The notes: a model not told the origin generated them from the letters alone. Numbered from the stretch's first letter, positions 28,562 through 38,814 are shown. The stretch: DNA of 64,000 nt from an uncultured Alphaproteobacteria bacterium (GCA_947305255.1 CAMZDE010000001.1:8305-72304); one strand, 5' to 3'. Numbers and translations: made by a program.

Positions 28562-29473
28562 ATGAAAATTATGCCAGCAAAAAAACAAATTAAAAAATCT
28601 GTAAAAACGCGGACAACGGGCGCAAAAACGATCAAAGCAAAGAACAATTCTTTGCGCGCATGGCTGTTTGATAAACCAGTTATGTTTGCCCTGTTATCTT
28701 TCACTGTATCGGTTCTGATAACATTTTTGTATTCGGTAATATCCGCAGTGTTTAATATATCTGCAACGACACCATTGGTATTTTTATTGGTCATCGCTTT
28801 CTGTTGGACAATATATTATATGATAAAAAAATTGCCACATAACGATATGTATCGCGACGATTTTATCGCGATAACAAACGGGTGCAGTTTAATTACTATA
28901 TTGATTCCAATTATTACATTGTTCGCTGTGGGATATGACGCGCGCATATTGCAGTATAGATTTATGTGGCTTTACGCATATCATCCTGTGACTTTGTGGG
29001 TTATTGGTATTTTTGCAGTATTGCTATACCTCTATGTGTTTGGCGTCACAGTATCTAATATTTACGCAAAATATAAACGCGCAACACAAATCGGCATATC
29101 AAAGAAAATGGTTATCGCAACTATGCCATTTGCGTTTCTGTTGGCGTGGACACCAGGGTATTTGATTCCAGATTCTAAACGTAATTCTAATCTGACAATC
29201 AAATCAAAATGGTATGCAAAATTCAACAAATGGGTTGTGGCAAACGCAACAAATACTTTGTTCATGTTCTTGCTCTTTGTTTTGTTGAATAATCTGTTTT
29301 CTGGGATTTTGTCATTATTGCTGACGGGTGGATTACTTGTAATCTATGCATTATGGAATTTGAAATATAAAAACAAATTTATGAAAACCATAAACCAAAA
29401 TTATGCTTGGGTTGCCGTAGGCATCAACGTCGCAATCTTGCTTATCGCACTGTTGCGTATGTTGTTACGTTAA
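28562..29473 (+). CDS. hypothetical polytopic inner membrane protein
   Basis: About 8 predicted TM helices. AAAGGATG RBS. Occupies the position where sufD would be expected, but shows no SufD similarity. Confidence 0.5.
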   Translation: MKIMPAKKQIKKSVKTRTTGAKTIKAKNNSLRAWLFDKPVMFALLSFTVSVLITFLYSVISAVFNISATTPLVFLLVIAFCWTIYYMIKKLPHNDMYRDDFIAITNGCSLITILIPIITLFAVGYDARILQYRFMWLYAYHPVTLWVIGIFAVLLYLYVFGVTVSNIYAKYKRATQIGISKKMVIATMPFAFLLAWTPGYLIPDSKRNSNLTIKSKWYAKFNKWVVANATNTLFMFLLFVLLNNLFSGILSLLLTGGLLVIYALWNLKYKNKFMKTINQNYAWVAVGINVAILLIALLRMLLR

Positions 29474-29499
29474 AACGAAAAAATCAGGGGCTTTTGAAA

Positions 29500-30546
29500 A
29501 TGCATAATGTGATAACTGTTTTGGCAATAATATTTTGTCTGTGGATTGGTCGTTCACTTTTTATTCCACTGTTGGTCGCAACATTTTTGTGGTATTTAAT
29601 GAACGCTATCGCTGCGTATTATAGACGTATTATGCCATGTTATCGGGACAATGCGTGTTCATATAAACATTTAAGCGTTGCCTATGATTGGTTATCAAAG
29701 ATATTGTCTGTATTAACAGTGGGGCTGTTTTTGTATCTATTTGCAACACAAATAAAACCTATGTTATGGGAATTATACAATGCAACCCCTGTGTTACAGC
29801 AAAAATTATTAGTATTTTCACAATTCATATCGAATAAAATTGGAATTGGTTTTGATATAAATCTGGTTCCAAACCTGCCCCAAATTGCCAGCATTATTGG
29901 TTCATCTCTTGCTGGATTGGCGACATCAACCGGAATGGTCATTATATATTTAATATTTATGTTCATTGAACAGAAAGCTTTTGCGAAAAAAATTGATTCA
30001 TTACCATTATCAAAAATCAAAGCAAAAAAATTACGCTATATTTTGACCAGCATTGATGAAAATATGAAAAAGTTTTTATTCACCAAAACGGCGATTTCTG
30101 CCGCCACAGGCGTCACATCATACATATTGTTAAAAATTATAGGTCTGGAATACGCCAGCGTTTGGGCATTTATCCTTTTCTTGTTGAACTATATCCCAAC
30201 AATCGGTTCGATTTTGGCATGCGCGTTGCCGATTGCATATGCGTTAATCAGTCACGACACATGGCATGTTCCAGTATTCACAACAATCGCTTTGGTGTTC
30301 GTAGAAACGGTGTTCGGGAACATATTGGATCCGAAAATCACAGGTCGAACATTAAACCTATCGTCACTGGCCATTCTTATTAATTTGGTATTTTGGGGAA
30401 TGTTGTGGGGACCGGCCGGAATGTTCTTTAGTGTGCCTATATTGGTCGCGCTATACGTGACAACCGCGCAATTCGAATCAACACGTTGGATTGCGACATT
30501 ATTGTCCGCAGATGGTAAAATCCCAGACGAAACACAAAGTGATTAA
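29500..30546 (+). CDS. AI-2E family transporter (PerM/YhhT, UPF0118)
   Basis: Multi-TM protein with LLNYIPTIGSILA motif characteristic of the AI-2E family. ATG at 29500. Confidence 0.7.
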   Translation: MHNVITVLAIIFCLWIGRSLFIPLLVATFLWYLMNAIAAYYRRIMPCYRDNACSYKHLSVAYDWLSKILSVLTVGLFLYLFATQIKPMLWELYNATPVLQQKLLVFSQFISNKIGIGFDINLVPNLPQIASIIGSSLAGLATSTGMVIIYLIFMFIEQKAFAKKIDSLPLSKIKAKKLRYILTSIDENMKKFLFTKTAISAATGVTSYILLKIIGLEYASVWAFILFLLNYIPTIGSILACALPIAYALISHDTWHVPVFTTIALVFVETVFGNILDPKITGRTLNLSSLAILINLVFWGMLWGPAGMFFSVPILVALYVTTAQFESTRWIATLLSADGKIPDETQSD

Positions 30547-30989
30547 TTTCGCCGCAAAAGGCTTATTGCGTTTTCCAAAATAACACGCGCCGCCAAAGAA
30601 TCCAATTCTGCCTTGATTTTTGCGACGTTTGTTTTACCCATATCTTGTTGCGCCGCCAAACTTGTCAGATTTTCTTCGACAAACAAAATTGGCAGATTTA
30701 TTTGCGCCGCCAAAGATTCTGTAAAATCACGAACCATTTTGGTAGTATCTGAATCAGAACCGTCCGAATACACCGGCAATCCAATAACAACACCGACCGC
30801 GCCCTCTTCCTGTATCAAGTCCAAAACAGCCCCCACCAATTCAGATTGTGATTTAACATCTATTTGGGGGCGCACAAAAACAAAATCACGCGTTTCATCA
30901 GACACAGCAACGCCGCATCTGCGCAGTCCCCAATCCAAACCAATAATGCGCCCAACGCGCGGAAAATCCTTGTAATTATTAAAATTCAT
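30543..30989 (-). CDS. ruvX: Holliday junction resolvase-like nuclease RuvX/YqgF
   Basis: RIIGLDWGLRRCGVAVSD RNase H-fold motif. Start at MNFNNYKDF. Confidence 0.8.
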   Translation of the reverse strand: MNFNNYKDFPRVGRIIGLDWGLRRCGVAVSDETRDFVFVRPQIDVKSQSELVGAVLDLIQEEGAVGVVIGLPVYSDGSDSDTTKMVRDFTESLAAQINLPILFVEENLTSLAAQQDMGKTNVAKIKAELDSLAARVILENAISLLRRN

Positions 30990-31028
30990 TGTATAATTGC
31001 CTTTACTACAAAAATAATAGGATTCAAA

Positions 31029-31325
31029 ATGGCATTTAGCAAGCAACAATTAAAAAAATTTGCAAATTTAATCAAAATTGAAATATCTGATGAACAACTA
31101 GAATCCATGAACATTGATTCCGTTGTTGAATGGTTGGATAAATTACAAAAAATCGATACAACCGGCGTTAAACCAATGTTATCACCGGCCGAACATAAAT
31201 TGCCATTACGCGACGACGTTGTCACTGAACCAAATATGCGTGACGCAATTCTTGCAAACGATCCGGACAAAGCCGGCGTATCACGTGGCTATTTCGCAGT
31301 GCCAAAGGTTATGGATGGCGATTAA
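31029..31325 (+). CDS. gatC: Asp/Glu-tRNA amidotransferase subunit C
   Basis: MAFSKQQLKKFANLIKIEISDEQLESM...TEPNMRDAIL is a typical GatC of ~98 aa. Confidence 0.8.
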   Translation: MAFSKQQLKKFANLIKIEISDEQLESMNIDSVVEWLDKLQKIDTTGVKPMLSPAEHKLPLRDDVVTEPNMRDAILANDPDKAGVSRGYFAVPKVMDGD

Positions 31326-31390
31326 AAATACCATCACACAAATAACAAGCAAATTACATTTACTAAATAAAAATTGAGGAATATTAAATT

Positions 31391-31633
31391 ATGCAATACA
31401 TTGTCAAAGATCAAATATCTGTGTCACCACTTAACGAAAATTATCAACAATGCGATACAGAACACGCAAAATACCAGTTGGAAATTTATGGTGTTAAATC
31501 CAATGTTAACCCAAAGGTTGCGGTGGTTCGTAATTTTAACAACAACCGTTTTTCGCACCCTATAAATTCTAAGGTGTGCGTGTCTGCACCATGTTATACA
31601 AACGGTATTTTATTGGAACAAATTCAAAGATAA
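31391..31633 (+). CDS. small hypothetical protein inserted between gatC and gatA
   Basis: 80-aa ORF with strong GAGGAAT RBS 7 nt upstream. No recognisable family. Same orientation as the gat genes. Confidence 0.35.
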   Translation: MQYIVKDQISVSPLNENYQQCDTEHAKYQLEIYGVKSNVNPKVAVVRNFNNNRFSHPINSKVCVSAPCYTNGILLEQIQR

Positions 31634-31683
31634 GAAATTGTTTGCTGATAAATACAAAGATACAGAAAGATAGGAAAACAAAT

Positions 31684-33153
31684 ATGATAAACCTGACCAT
31701 AATTGACGCATTAAAGAAATTGAAATCGCGCGAAATCGGCGCTTTGGAATTGATGCAGGCGCATTTAGACAGGATTGAAAAATATAATCCTGAATTAAAC
31801 GCGTATATTACTGTCACGCGCGAACGTGCGCTGAATGACGCGACTGCGGCGGCCGAACGCATTGCAAATGGTACTGCGCGTCCATTGGACGGCATTCCAA
31901 TCGCGATGAAAGATTTGTTCGCAACACGTGGTATTCGCACAACTGCGGCGTCAAGAATGCTCGAAAATTTTGTTCCTGAATACGAATCCACAATTTCACA
32001 AAAATTTATTGATGCGGGTTCTGTGTTGTTGGGTAAATCAAATCTTGATGAATTCGCGATGGGAACATTTTCTAAAACATCTTATTTCGGCGCACCTGTC
32101 AATCCATGGCAACGCGAACATAAATTGACCGCCGGCGGTTCATCAGGTGGTTCAACATCTGCGGTCGCATCTGGAATGGCAATGGGTGCAACAGGTACAG
32201 ATACTGGCGGTTCGATTCGTTTTCCATGTTCAATAACAGGATTGGTTGGCGTTAAACCAACCTATGGTTTGTGTTCACGTTGGGGCTGTGTAGCATTCGC
32301 ATCCAGTCTTGACACACCTGGCCCAATTGCGCGCACTGTCGATGATGCGGCATTGTTATTATCGGTTATGGCGGGACACGATGCCAAAGATTCAACATCT
32401 GCACCAAACGCAAAATTCGACATTGATGGCGAATTACAACCAATATTGGGCGATGGCAAAAAACTGCGCATCGGCGTTATCAAAGAATTTAATTCAGTTC
32501 AAATTTCCGAAGACATGAAAAAACTATTTGAACAACGCGTCAGCGATTTAAAATCTATGGGTGCCGAAATAGTAGAAGTTTCTATTCCAAACGTTTTGGA
32601 TGCATTGGCAGCATACTATATTATCGCCCCAGCCGAAGCGTCATCAAATCTGGCGCGATATGACGGTATGAGATACGGCCTGCGCGTCGAAGGTGTTGAT
32701 TTAGAAGACACATACAAAAAAACACGCGCTGCAGGTTTTGGCACAGAAGTCCAATGCCGTATGTTGATTGGCACCGCGGTTTTGTCATCTGAATCATATG
32801 AAGTTTATTTTATGCAGGCTGCACGTGTTCGTCGTATGATATCAGATGCATTTAACAATGCATTTGATAAATGTGATTTAATTGTTTGCCCATCTGGTGC
32901 AAATACAGCCCTGCCATTGGATTCTGATTTGACGCCACTTGAATATTATGCACTTGATTTGTTCACTGTCGCGATGAATCTGGCGGGGGTTCCGGCTGTA
33001 TCCGTTCCATGTGGATTGGCATCAAACGGATTGCCATTAGGTATGCAAGTTGTCGGACGTCGTTTCGACGATATGCGTGTTTTACAATTGGCAAAACACA
33101 TTGAAACCGCTGCGAACGTTGACAATCGTCCAACAGTAATCATGGGTGAATAA
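31684..33153 (+). CDS. gatA: Asp/Glu-tRNA amidotransferase subunit A
   Basis: Amidase signature GGSSGGSTSAVASG with catalytic Ser/Lys context. Start at MINLTIIDALKKL. Confidence 0.9.
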   Translation: MINLTIIDALKKLKSREIGALELMQAHLDRIEKYNPELNAYITVTRERALNDATAAAERIANGTARPLDGIPIAMKDLFATRGIRTTAASRMLENFVPEYESTISQKFIDAGSVLLGKSNLDEFAMGTFSKTSYFGAPVNPWQREHKLTAGGSSGGSTSAVASGMAMGATGTDTGGSIRFPCSITGLVGVKPTYGLCSRWGCVAFASSLDTPGPIARTVDDAALLLSVMAGHDAKDSTSAPNAKFDIDGELQPILGDGKKLRIGVIKEFNSVQISEDMKKLFEQRVSDLKSMGAEIVEVSIPNVLDALAAYYIIAPAEASSNLARYDGMRYGLRVEGVDLEDTYKKTRAAGFGTEVQCRMLIGTAVLSSESYEVYFMQAARVRRMISDAFNNAFDKCDLIVCPSGANTALPLDSDLTPLEYYALDLFTVAMNLAGVPAVSVPCGLASNGLPLGMQVVGRRFDDMRVLQLAKHIETAANVDNRPTVIMGE

Positions 33154-33172
33154 ATAATGTCGAGAAAATTTG

Positions 33173-33214
33173 GCAATAAAAAAATGGTGGCCAGAAGTGG
33201 AATCGAACCACTGA
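33173..33214. repeat. 42-bp direct repeat copy of the tRNA-Phe 3' end plus flank (partial tRNA fragment)
   Basis: GCAATAAAAAAATGGTGGCCAGAAGTGGAATCGAACCACTGA is identical at 33173-33214 and 33260-33301. Downstream sequence is diverged. Confidence 0.6.
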
Positions 33215-33271
33215 GTAGTGGGATTTTTGCGTACATTGATTCTATATCGGAAAAATTCTGCAATAAAAAAA

Positions 33272-33347
33272 TGGTGGCCAGAAGTGGAATCGAACCACTG
33301 ACACAGGGATTTTCAGTCCCTTGCTCTACCAACTGAGCTATCTGGCC
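33272..33347 (-). tRNA. tRNA-Phe (GAA)
   Basis: Minus-strand cloverleaf GGCCAGATAGCTCAGTTGGTAGAGCAAGGGACTGAAAATCCCTGTGTCAGTGGTTCGATTCCACTTCTGGCCACCA. Anticodon loop CUGAAAA. Confidence 0.85.
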
Positions 33348-33401
33348 ATCCGTGGGACACATAATAAAGTATAAAAAAACAAAAAGCAAGGAAAAATAAA
33401 A

Positions 33402-34928
33402 ATGTTTACAATCAAAGGCAAAACAACAGATTGGGAAATAGTAATCGGACTGGAAACACATATCGAAGTCTTGTCCAATAGTAAAATTTTCAGCGGCGCA
33501 TCTGCTGACTACAATCCGACGGTTGCCCCGAATACTCAGGCATGTATGGTTGACGTTGCGATGCCTGGAATGTTGCCAGTATTAAACAAATATTGCGTTG
33601 AACAGGCGATTAAATTCGGCCTTGGAATAAACGCTGAAATTTCCAGACACAGCCGTTTTGCCCGCAAACAATATTTTTACCCTGACCTGCCCCAAGGATA
33701 CCAGATTTCTCAGCCTGCCGAAGAACCACCAGTTGTTGGCCGCGGTTGGGTTGAAATTATCGGCGATGATGGGAATCCTAAAAAGATTTTAATTGAACGC
33801 GCCCATTTGGAACAAGACGCAGGGAAATTAAAACACGACATGCATCCTACAAAATCAATGGCGGATTATAATCGCACTGGGGTAACATTGCTTGAAATCG
33901 TGACATTTTTAGATGTTAAAAATCCTGAAAACAATTCATATATAACGTCCCCAGACGAAGCGGAAAAATATTTGCGTGAAATACGCGAAATCGCACGCGC
34001 ACTGGGCGTATCAAAGGCAAACATGGAAGAAGGCTCTATGCGCGCCGATGTCAATGTTTCTGTGCGTCCAGTTGGTGCAAAATATTTTAACGAACGTTGC
34101 GAAATCAAAAACATGGTGTCTTTTAAATTTATTAAAACCGCCATTGAATACGAAGCGCGCCGTCAAATTGAGATACTTGAAAACGGCGGAACAATCGAAC
34201 GCAATACTATGCGTTATAACCAAGGCGACGGCACAACATCCGTATTGCGCAGCAAAGAAGACGCTCTTGATTATCGCTATTTCCCAGATCCTGATTTATT
34301 GGAATTGGAAATCAGCGACGACGACATCGAACGCATTCGTAAAACAATGCCTGAATTACCGGCTACAACGCGCGCACGTTATATCAATGAATATGGATTA
34401 TCTGAATACGACGCCGCACGTTTAACCGAAACGACAGACATTTCAAAATGGTATGACACCGCAGTTGACGGCAATGTAAAACGCGCAAAACCTGTCGCGA
34501 ACTGGCTGATTTCTGAATTATTCGCACATCCTGAAAATATCGATATTGAAAATAAAATTACTGAAAATACCGACCCAGATGCACCGCGTATTATTACACC
34601 GGCAAATTTGGCTGAAATGGTTGATATGATTGCATCGAATGAAATCAATGGGAAACAGGCCAAAGATATATTTATCAAAATGTTAGACGGCGAACGCGGC
34701 ACAATTCATGAAATCGCAGATAAATACGGCATGAAACAAATTACAGATACATCTGCAATCGAATCGGCTGTGGACGAAGTTATCGCGAACAACCCGTCTC
34801 AGGTTGAGCAATATAAATCGGGTAAGGTCGGATTATTGGGATTCTTTGTCGGCAACGTGATGAAGGCGACACATGGTCAGGCAAACCCAGCGATGGTAAG
34901 TGATTTATTAAAACAAAAATTAGGGTAA
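33402..34928 (+). CDS. gatB: Asp/Glu-tRNA amidotransferase subunit B
   Basis: MFTIKGKTTDWEIVIGLETHIEVLS is a typical GatB start. 508 aa. Confidence 0.9.
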   Translation: MFTIKGKTTDWEIVIGLETHIEVLSNSKIFSGASADYNPTVAPNTQACMVDVAMPGMLPVLNKYCVEQAIKFGLGINAEISRHSRFARKQYFYPDLPQGYQISQPAEEPPVVGRGWVEIIGDDGNPKKILIERAHLEQDAGKLKHDMHPTKSMADYNRTGVTLLEIVTFLDVKNPENNSYITSPDEAEKYLREIREIARALGVSKANMEEGSMRADVNVSVRPVGAKYFNERCEIKNMVSFKFIKTAIEYEARRQIEILENGGTIERNTMRYNQGDGTTSVLRSKEDALDYRYFPDPDLLELEISDDDIERIRKTMPELPATTRARYINEYGLSEYDAARLTETTDISKWYDTAVDGNVKRAKPVANWLISELFAHPENIDIENKITENTDPDAPRIITPANLAEMVDMIASNEINGKQAKDIFIKMLDGERGTIHEIADKYGMKQITDTSAIESAVDEVIANNPSQVEQYKSGKVGLLGFFVGNVMKATHGQANPAMVSDLLKQKLG

Positions 34929-34931
34929 TCG

Positions 34932-35420
34932 ATGCACGACATTGTTGTTCTTATTCCACGTGATTGCGAACCTGTACAAATAGAGAAAGCCGCAGAAGAT
35001 TTGCGCCTATATTTGGACGAAAACGATATAAAAGACCCAAAGATTATAGTTGGCGCGGGCCCATCTATGGAAAACGCAGAATTGTTTCGTATGCACCTTA
35101 TGACGAACATCCCAGAAATATCTATCATAATTGCGAACCCGAAAGAAAAATCTGGTCTGACGGTTGCAGAGATAGCAGAAACCTTGGCATCAAATACTTT
35201 GGTAAACGAAGAAGATATTGAAAAAATAAATAAATTAATCAGAACATTTCGGCTAAACCCACCAGTGGTATTACCAGAAATACGATATATACCGCCCTAT
35301 TCGCATATAAACAAAAAAAACGGACGCATGAACAAATCACATGTGCGCGCTATAAAACAATTTAATAATATTAATCAACAAAACAAACAATATTTATTTA
35401 ATAGAACAAAACATAAATAA
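34932..35420 (+). CDS. hypothetical protein
   Basis: 162-aa ORF between gatB and miaB. No signal peptide. No recognisable domain. Confidence 0.4.
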   Translation: MHDIVVLIPRDCEPVQIEKAAEDLRLYLDENDIKDPKIIVGAGPSMENAELFRMHLMTNIPEISIIIANPKEKSGLTVAEIAETLASNTLVNEEDIEKINKLIRTFRLNPPVVLPEIRYIPPYSHINKKNGRMNKSHVRAIKQFNNINQQNKQYLFNRTKHK

Positions 35421-35431
35421 AAAGGGAAAAA

Positions 35432-35944
35432 ATGCAAACTTTACAATTAGAACATAACGCAATCACTGGTTCACAATACACATTAAAATCCGCCCAAGGA
35501 TTAAATGTTAAAGCGCCTTATGCTGCATACAAACAAAAAATGCAACCAAATGCACATGCAAAAAAAACAATTATGTTACGCAAAAACACACGTTTGTTGA
35601 AAAATAATAAAAAAATCGCAAAAGACTTTTATTTAGTATTAAATGTAAATATTGATTATAAAATTGAAATGCCTATGGCTTTTGATGGACATTCTTTGAC
35701 ATCGACACGTAAAAGATTTGATAAAACAAAAACTGCTGCTCGCAAAGCGGCACGCCTTGAAAAACAAGCCTATCAAACAATAGATATTTCTGATTTTTCA
35801 GAAATTCACGATAATGTCGAAGAAAAAATAGAAATAAAAAAATCACCACTTAATTTATATGCGAATGCATTACAACACACTGTCACACAAAACAAAAACG
35901 AAATGATTTTTGCATGCGCATTAACCCGTACAAACACTAAATAA
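35432..35944 (+). CDS. hypothetical basic (Lys-rich) protein
   Basis: 170-aa ORF with AAAAGGGAAAAAATG RBS. Lys/Arg-rich. No recognisable domain. Confidence 0.4.
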   Translation: MQTLQLEHNAITGSQYTLKSAQGLNVKAPYAAYKQKMQPNAHAKKTIMLRKNTRLLKNNKKIAKDFYLVLNVNIDYKIEMPMAFDGHSLTSTRKRFDKTKTAARKAARLEKQAYQTIDISDFSEIHDNVEEKIEIKKSPLNLYANALQHTVTQNKNEMIFACALTRTNTK

Positions 35945-35955
35945 AAAAAACAAAA

Positions 35956-37263
35956 ATGCAGAAATTTTTTATACAAACCTTTGGTTGCCAAATGAACGTC
36001 TATGACGGCCAACGAATTGCCGCTATGTTAAAAACACGCGGTATGGTTGAAACAGATAATGTGGCGGACGCTGATTTAATCATTCTTAACACATGTGCGG
36101 TTCGTGAAAAGGCAACCAACAAAGTTTATTCTGCATTAGGACGCATACGTCGTGCAAAAAAAGAATCTGCCCTGTTCGGGATTGTTGGTTGTGTTGCGCG
36201 TGAAAGTGGCGCCGACGCATTTAAGAGAATTCCCGAATTAAATTTTGTTTTGGGGCCACAAAGTTATCATAAATTGCCTGAAATTATTGATAATCCCGAC
36301 ACAAAATTGTTAAACATCGATTTGGGCGGTCTTGAAAAATTTGATGAATTACCACAAATGACACAAACGCCTTTGGTCGCATATATACCAGTCCAAGAAG
36401 GCTGTAATCATTGTTGCACCTATTGCATTGTGCCATATACACGCGGTCGTGAAATATCTCGTCCATTTAATGATGTTATAAATGACACAATCAATGCGGC
36501 AAACACAGGCGCAATTGAAATTTGTTTTCTTGGGCAAAATGTGAACGGATATCAATACATAGATGAAAACGGAACGACATATCGTTTGTCTGATTTAATT
36601 CGTGCGGCGGCGCAATTGCCCGAAATCCAACGCATACGCTTCACATCCAGTTACCCAACAGAAATGACAGATGATTTGATTGAAATTTTTGGAACAGAAA
36701 AAAAACTATTACCATTTTTGAATATGCCGATACAAAGCGGATCTCCGCGTATATTAAAATTAATGAATCGACCTGATGATTTGAATGCATATAAAACAAT
36801 CGTTGAAAAATTAAAACGCGTGCGCCCAGACATTCAAATTTCATCAGATTTTATTGTTGGGTTTCCTGATGAAACCGACGAAGATTTCGCAGAAACATTA
36901 CGTATAGCGCGCGAAATAAAGTATATAAATTCGTATTCATTTAAATATTCTCCACGTCCACATACGGCGGCTGCATTAATGAAAAATCAAATCAGCGAAC
37001 AAATAAAATCTGTACGCCTACAAAAACTGGATGCGCAATTAAATGAAAATCAACGCGAATTTAATATGTCCTGCATCGGTGCTGAAATGCTTTGTTTATA
37101 CGAAAGCGCGGACAAAACAGGCAAAAACTTGGTTTTCCGAACCCCATATATGCAACAATGCATTGTTGCAAAACCCGACCAGAAAATCGCATCTATGCAA
37201 AAAATAAAAATTATTGACGCAAATAAATCATGCCTGCACGGGGAAATAATAAAATCAGAATAA
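35956..37263 (+). CDS. miaB: tRNA-2-methylthio-N6-dimethylallyladenosine synthase
   Basis: MQKFFIQTFGCQMNVYDG N-terminal MTTase domain. Radical-SAM CxxxCxxC (CNHCCTYC). TRAM domain. Confidence 0.9.
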   Translation: MQKFFIQTFGCQMNVYDGQRIAAMLKTRGMVETDNVADADLIILNTCAVREKATNKVYSALGRIRRAKKESALFGIVGCVARESGADAFKRIPELNFVLGPQSYHKLPEIIDNPDTKLLNIDLGGLEKFDELPQMTQTPLVAYIPVQEGCNHCCTYCIVPYTRGREISRPFNDVINDTINAANTGAIEICFLGQNVNGYQYIDENGTTYRLSDLIRAAAQLPEIQRIRFTSSYPTEMTDDLIEIFGTEKKLLPFLNMPIQSGSPRILKLMNRPDDLNAYKTIVEKLKRVRPDIQISSDFIVGFPDETDEDFAETLRIAREIKYINSYSFKYSPRPHTAAALMKNQISEQIKSVRLQKLDAQLNENQREFNMSCIGAEMLCLYESADKTGKNLVFRTPYMQQCIVAKPDQKIASMQKIKIIDANKSCLHGEIIKSE

Positions 37264-38814
37264 CATTTTTGCATTTATTGATGCGCGATATGCCATAGAA
37301 CGTTCATCATTATATGCGCCGACGTTTATCGACAATCCGGCATTATCGGTCAAAGAATCAAAGCCGATTTTGAAATCTGCAAACAAATCGCCATTCGTCA
37401 TAACACCGATTAATCCACCATATTCGTATTTAATGCCATCAACCACAAAATTATATTTCAACATTCCACCACCACGTAAACTAACATCATTTTCAGAAAA
37501 ATCCATTACATTAAATCGTTGAAATACCATGCCTACAAAAGGCGCAATAGTTAAATCATCAAAAACATTAAAATCGTGTATGCCGTCAATTCCGCCGTAT
37601 AACGCATATCCAAACGGATTATTTTTCACATCATTATTGTTATAAACGTTATCTGCATCAAAAGAAATTAAATCTAAACCCAAACGTCCAACAACCGATA
37701 TATCTTCCATTTTCTTTTTAACATTTACGTTACCACCATACGACAAACCACCAAAAACGTTTATATCATCTTCATATTCAAATTTATCAAGATGTAAATT
37801 AACTTTTATATCATACCCATCGTGCCCACCATTAGCGTAAAGCCGTGCACCGGCACTATGTGTATCTTTTGATGTGATAAATTCGGGTTCAACACCAATC
37901 GCAAATGCATTATTGGTATCTAAAAAGCCATTCAACATTGAAAACTGCAGATTTGTTTTTATAGGCCGCATTAAAATCCCAGAATTAAATCTGTATGACG
38001 AATTAATAACATTTTGTAATTCGTCCATACTTCCGGCATTATCCATCGCCAGCAACATTTTATCATTTGGATTAGACGCGCGCAGATTTCCAAAGAATAC
38101 GCCCCGATTATCATTAAAAATTCGTTGATAATCAGTTTCCCGAACAACATTCAACATCATACCATTTTCATCACGCACAGAATCAATGCGATACAAACTA
38201 TCTTCATCTGCGGCCACAACGTTCAATACGGTTCCACCGGCGACATGTCGCACATATTTACCAGATTCCACAGTATTTGAATTATTTATACGCAGCGTAT
38301 TTGCCCCCAACCATGAAACATTCGCGTCCCAACGTTGCCATTCTGCAAAATCATCTATGACAATCACAGACATATTAAATTCGACAGAATCAGAACCTAA
38401 ATTTCTTATATCTGCCAAATTAACACCGTCCATGGCACCATCAACCTTTACTGCAAAATCGCCAGTATTTACGTTTAAGCGTTTTGCACCGTCACCCGAT
38501 GTTACCAATTGAATAATATGTTGTGCATTAATAGTGCCTGATACATTTCCTGTATTATTTATCCAAATCCAATTATCACTTTCCGCAACTAAATTTCCGC
38601 GTATTTCGCCATGATTTTCAATAGTCATTGACCCATTCACATTTATATCAGAATTACCTGATGTCGCCGTCAAAACCACACCATTCAAAATTCTATTGTA
38701 CGAACCAACGAAAGAAGACACCGACGCATCTTCAGACCACACGACAACCTCTTCCGCAAACCCAGCGTGCATTGATATCAGGAAACAAAATATAACTATG
38801 CGGAATATTTTCAT
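37255..38814 (-). CDS. outer membrane beta-barrel protein (autotransporter-like surface protein)
   Basis: Signal peptide MKIFRIVIFCFLISMHAGFA. Asn/Gly-rich passenger-like region. C-terminal amphipathic beta strands ending in F. Confidence 0.5.
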   Translation of the reverse strand: MKIFRIVIFCFLISMHAGFAEEVVVWSEDASVSSFVGSYNRILNGVVLTATSGNSDINVNGSMTIENHGEIRGNLVAESDNWIWINNTGNVSGTINAQHIIQLVTSGDGAKRLNVNTGDFAVKVDGAMDGVNLADIRNLGSDSVEFNMSVIVIDDFAEWQRWDANVSWLGANTLRINNSNTVESGKYVRHVAGGTVLNVVAADEDSLYRIDSVRDENGMMLNVVRETDYQRIFNDNRGVFFGNLRASNPNDKMLLAMDNAGSMDELQNVINSSYRFNSGILMRPIKTNLQFSMLNGFLDTNNAFAIGVEPEFITSKDTHSAGARLYANGGHDGYDIKVNLHLDKFEYEDDINVFGGLSYGGNVNVKKKMEDISVVGRLGLDLISFDADNVYNNNDVKNNPFGYALYGGIDGIHDFNVFDDLTIAPFVGMVFQRFNVMDFSENDVSLRGGGMLKYNFVVDGIKYEYGGLIGVMTNGDLFADFKIGFDSLTDNAGLSINVGAYNDERSMAYRASINAKMLF

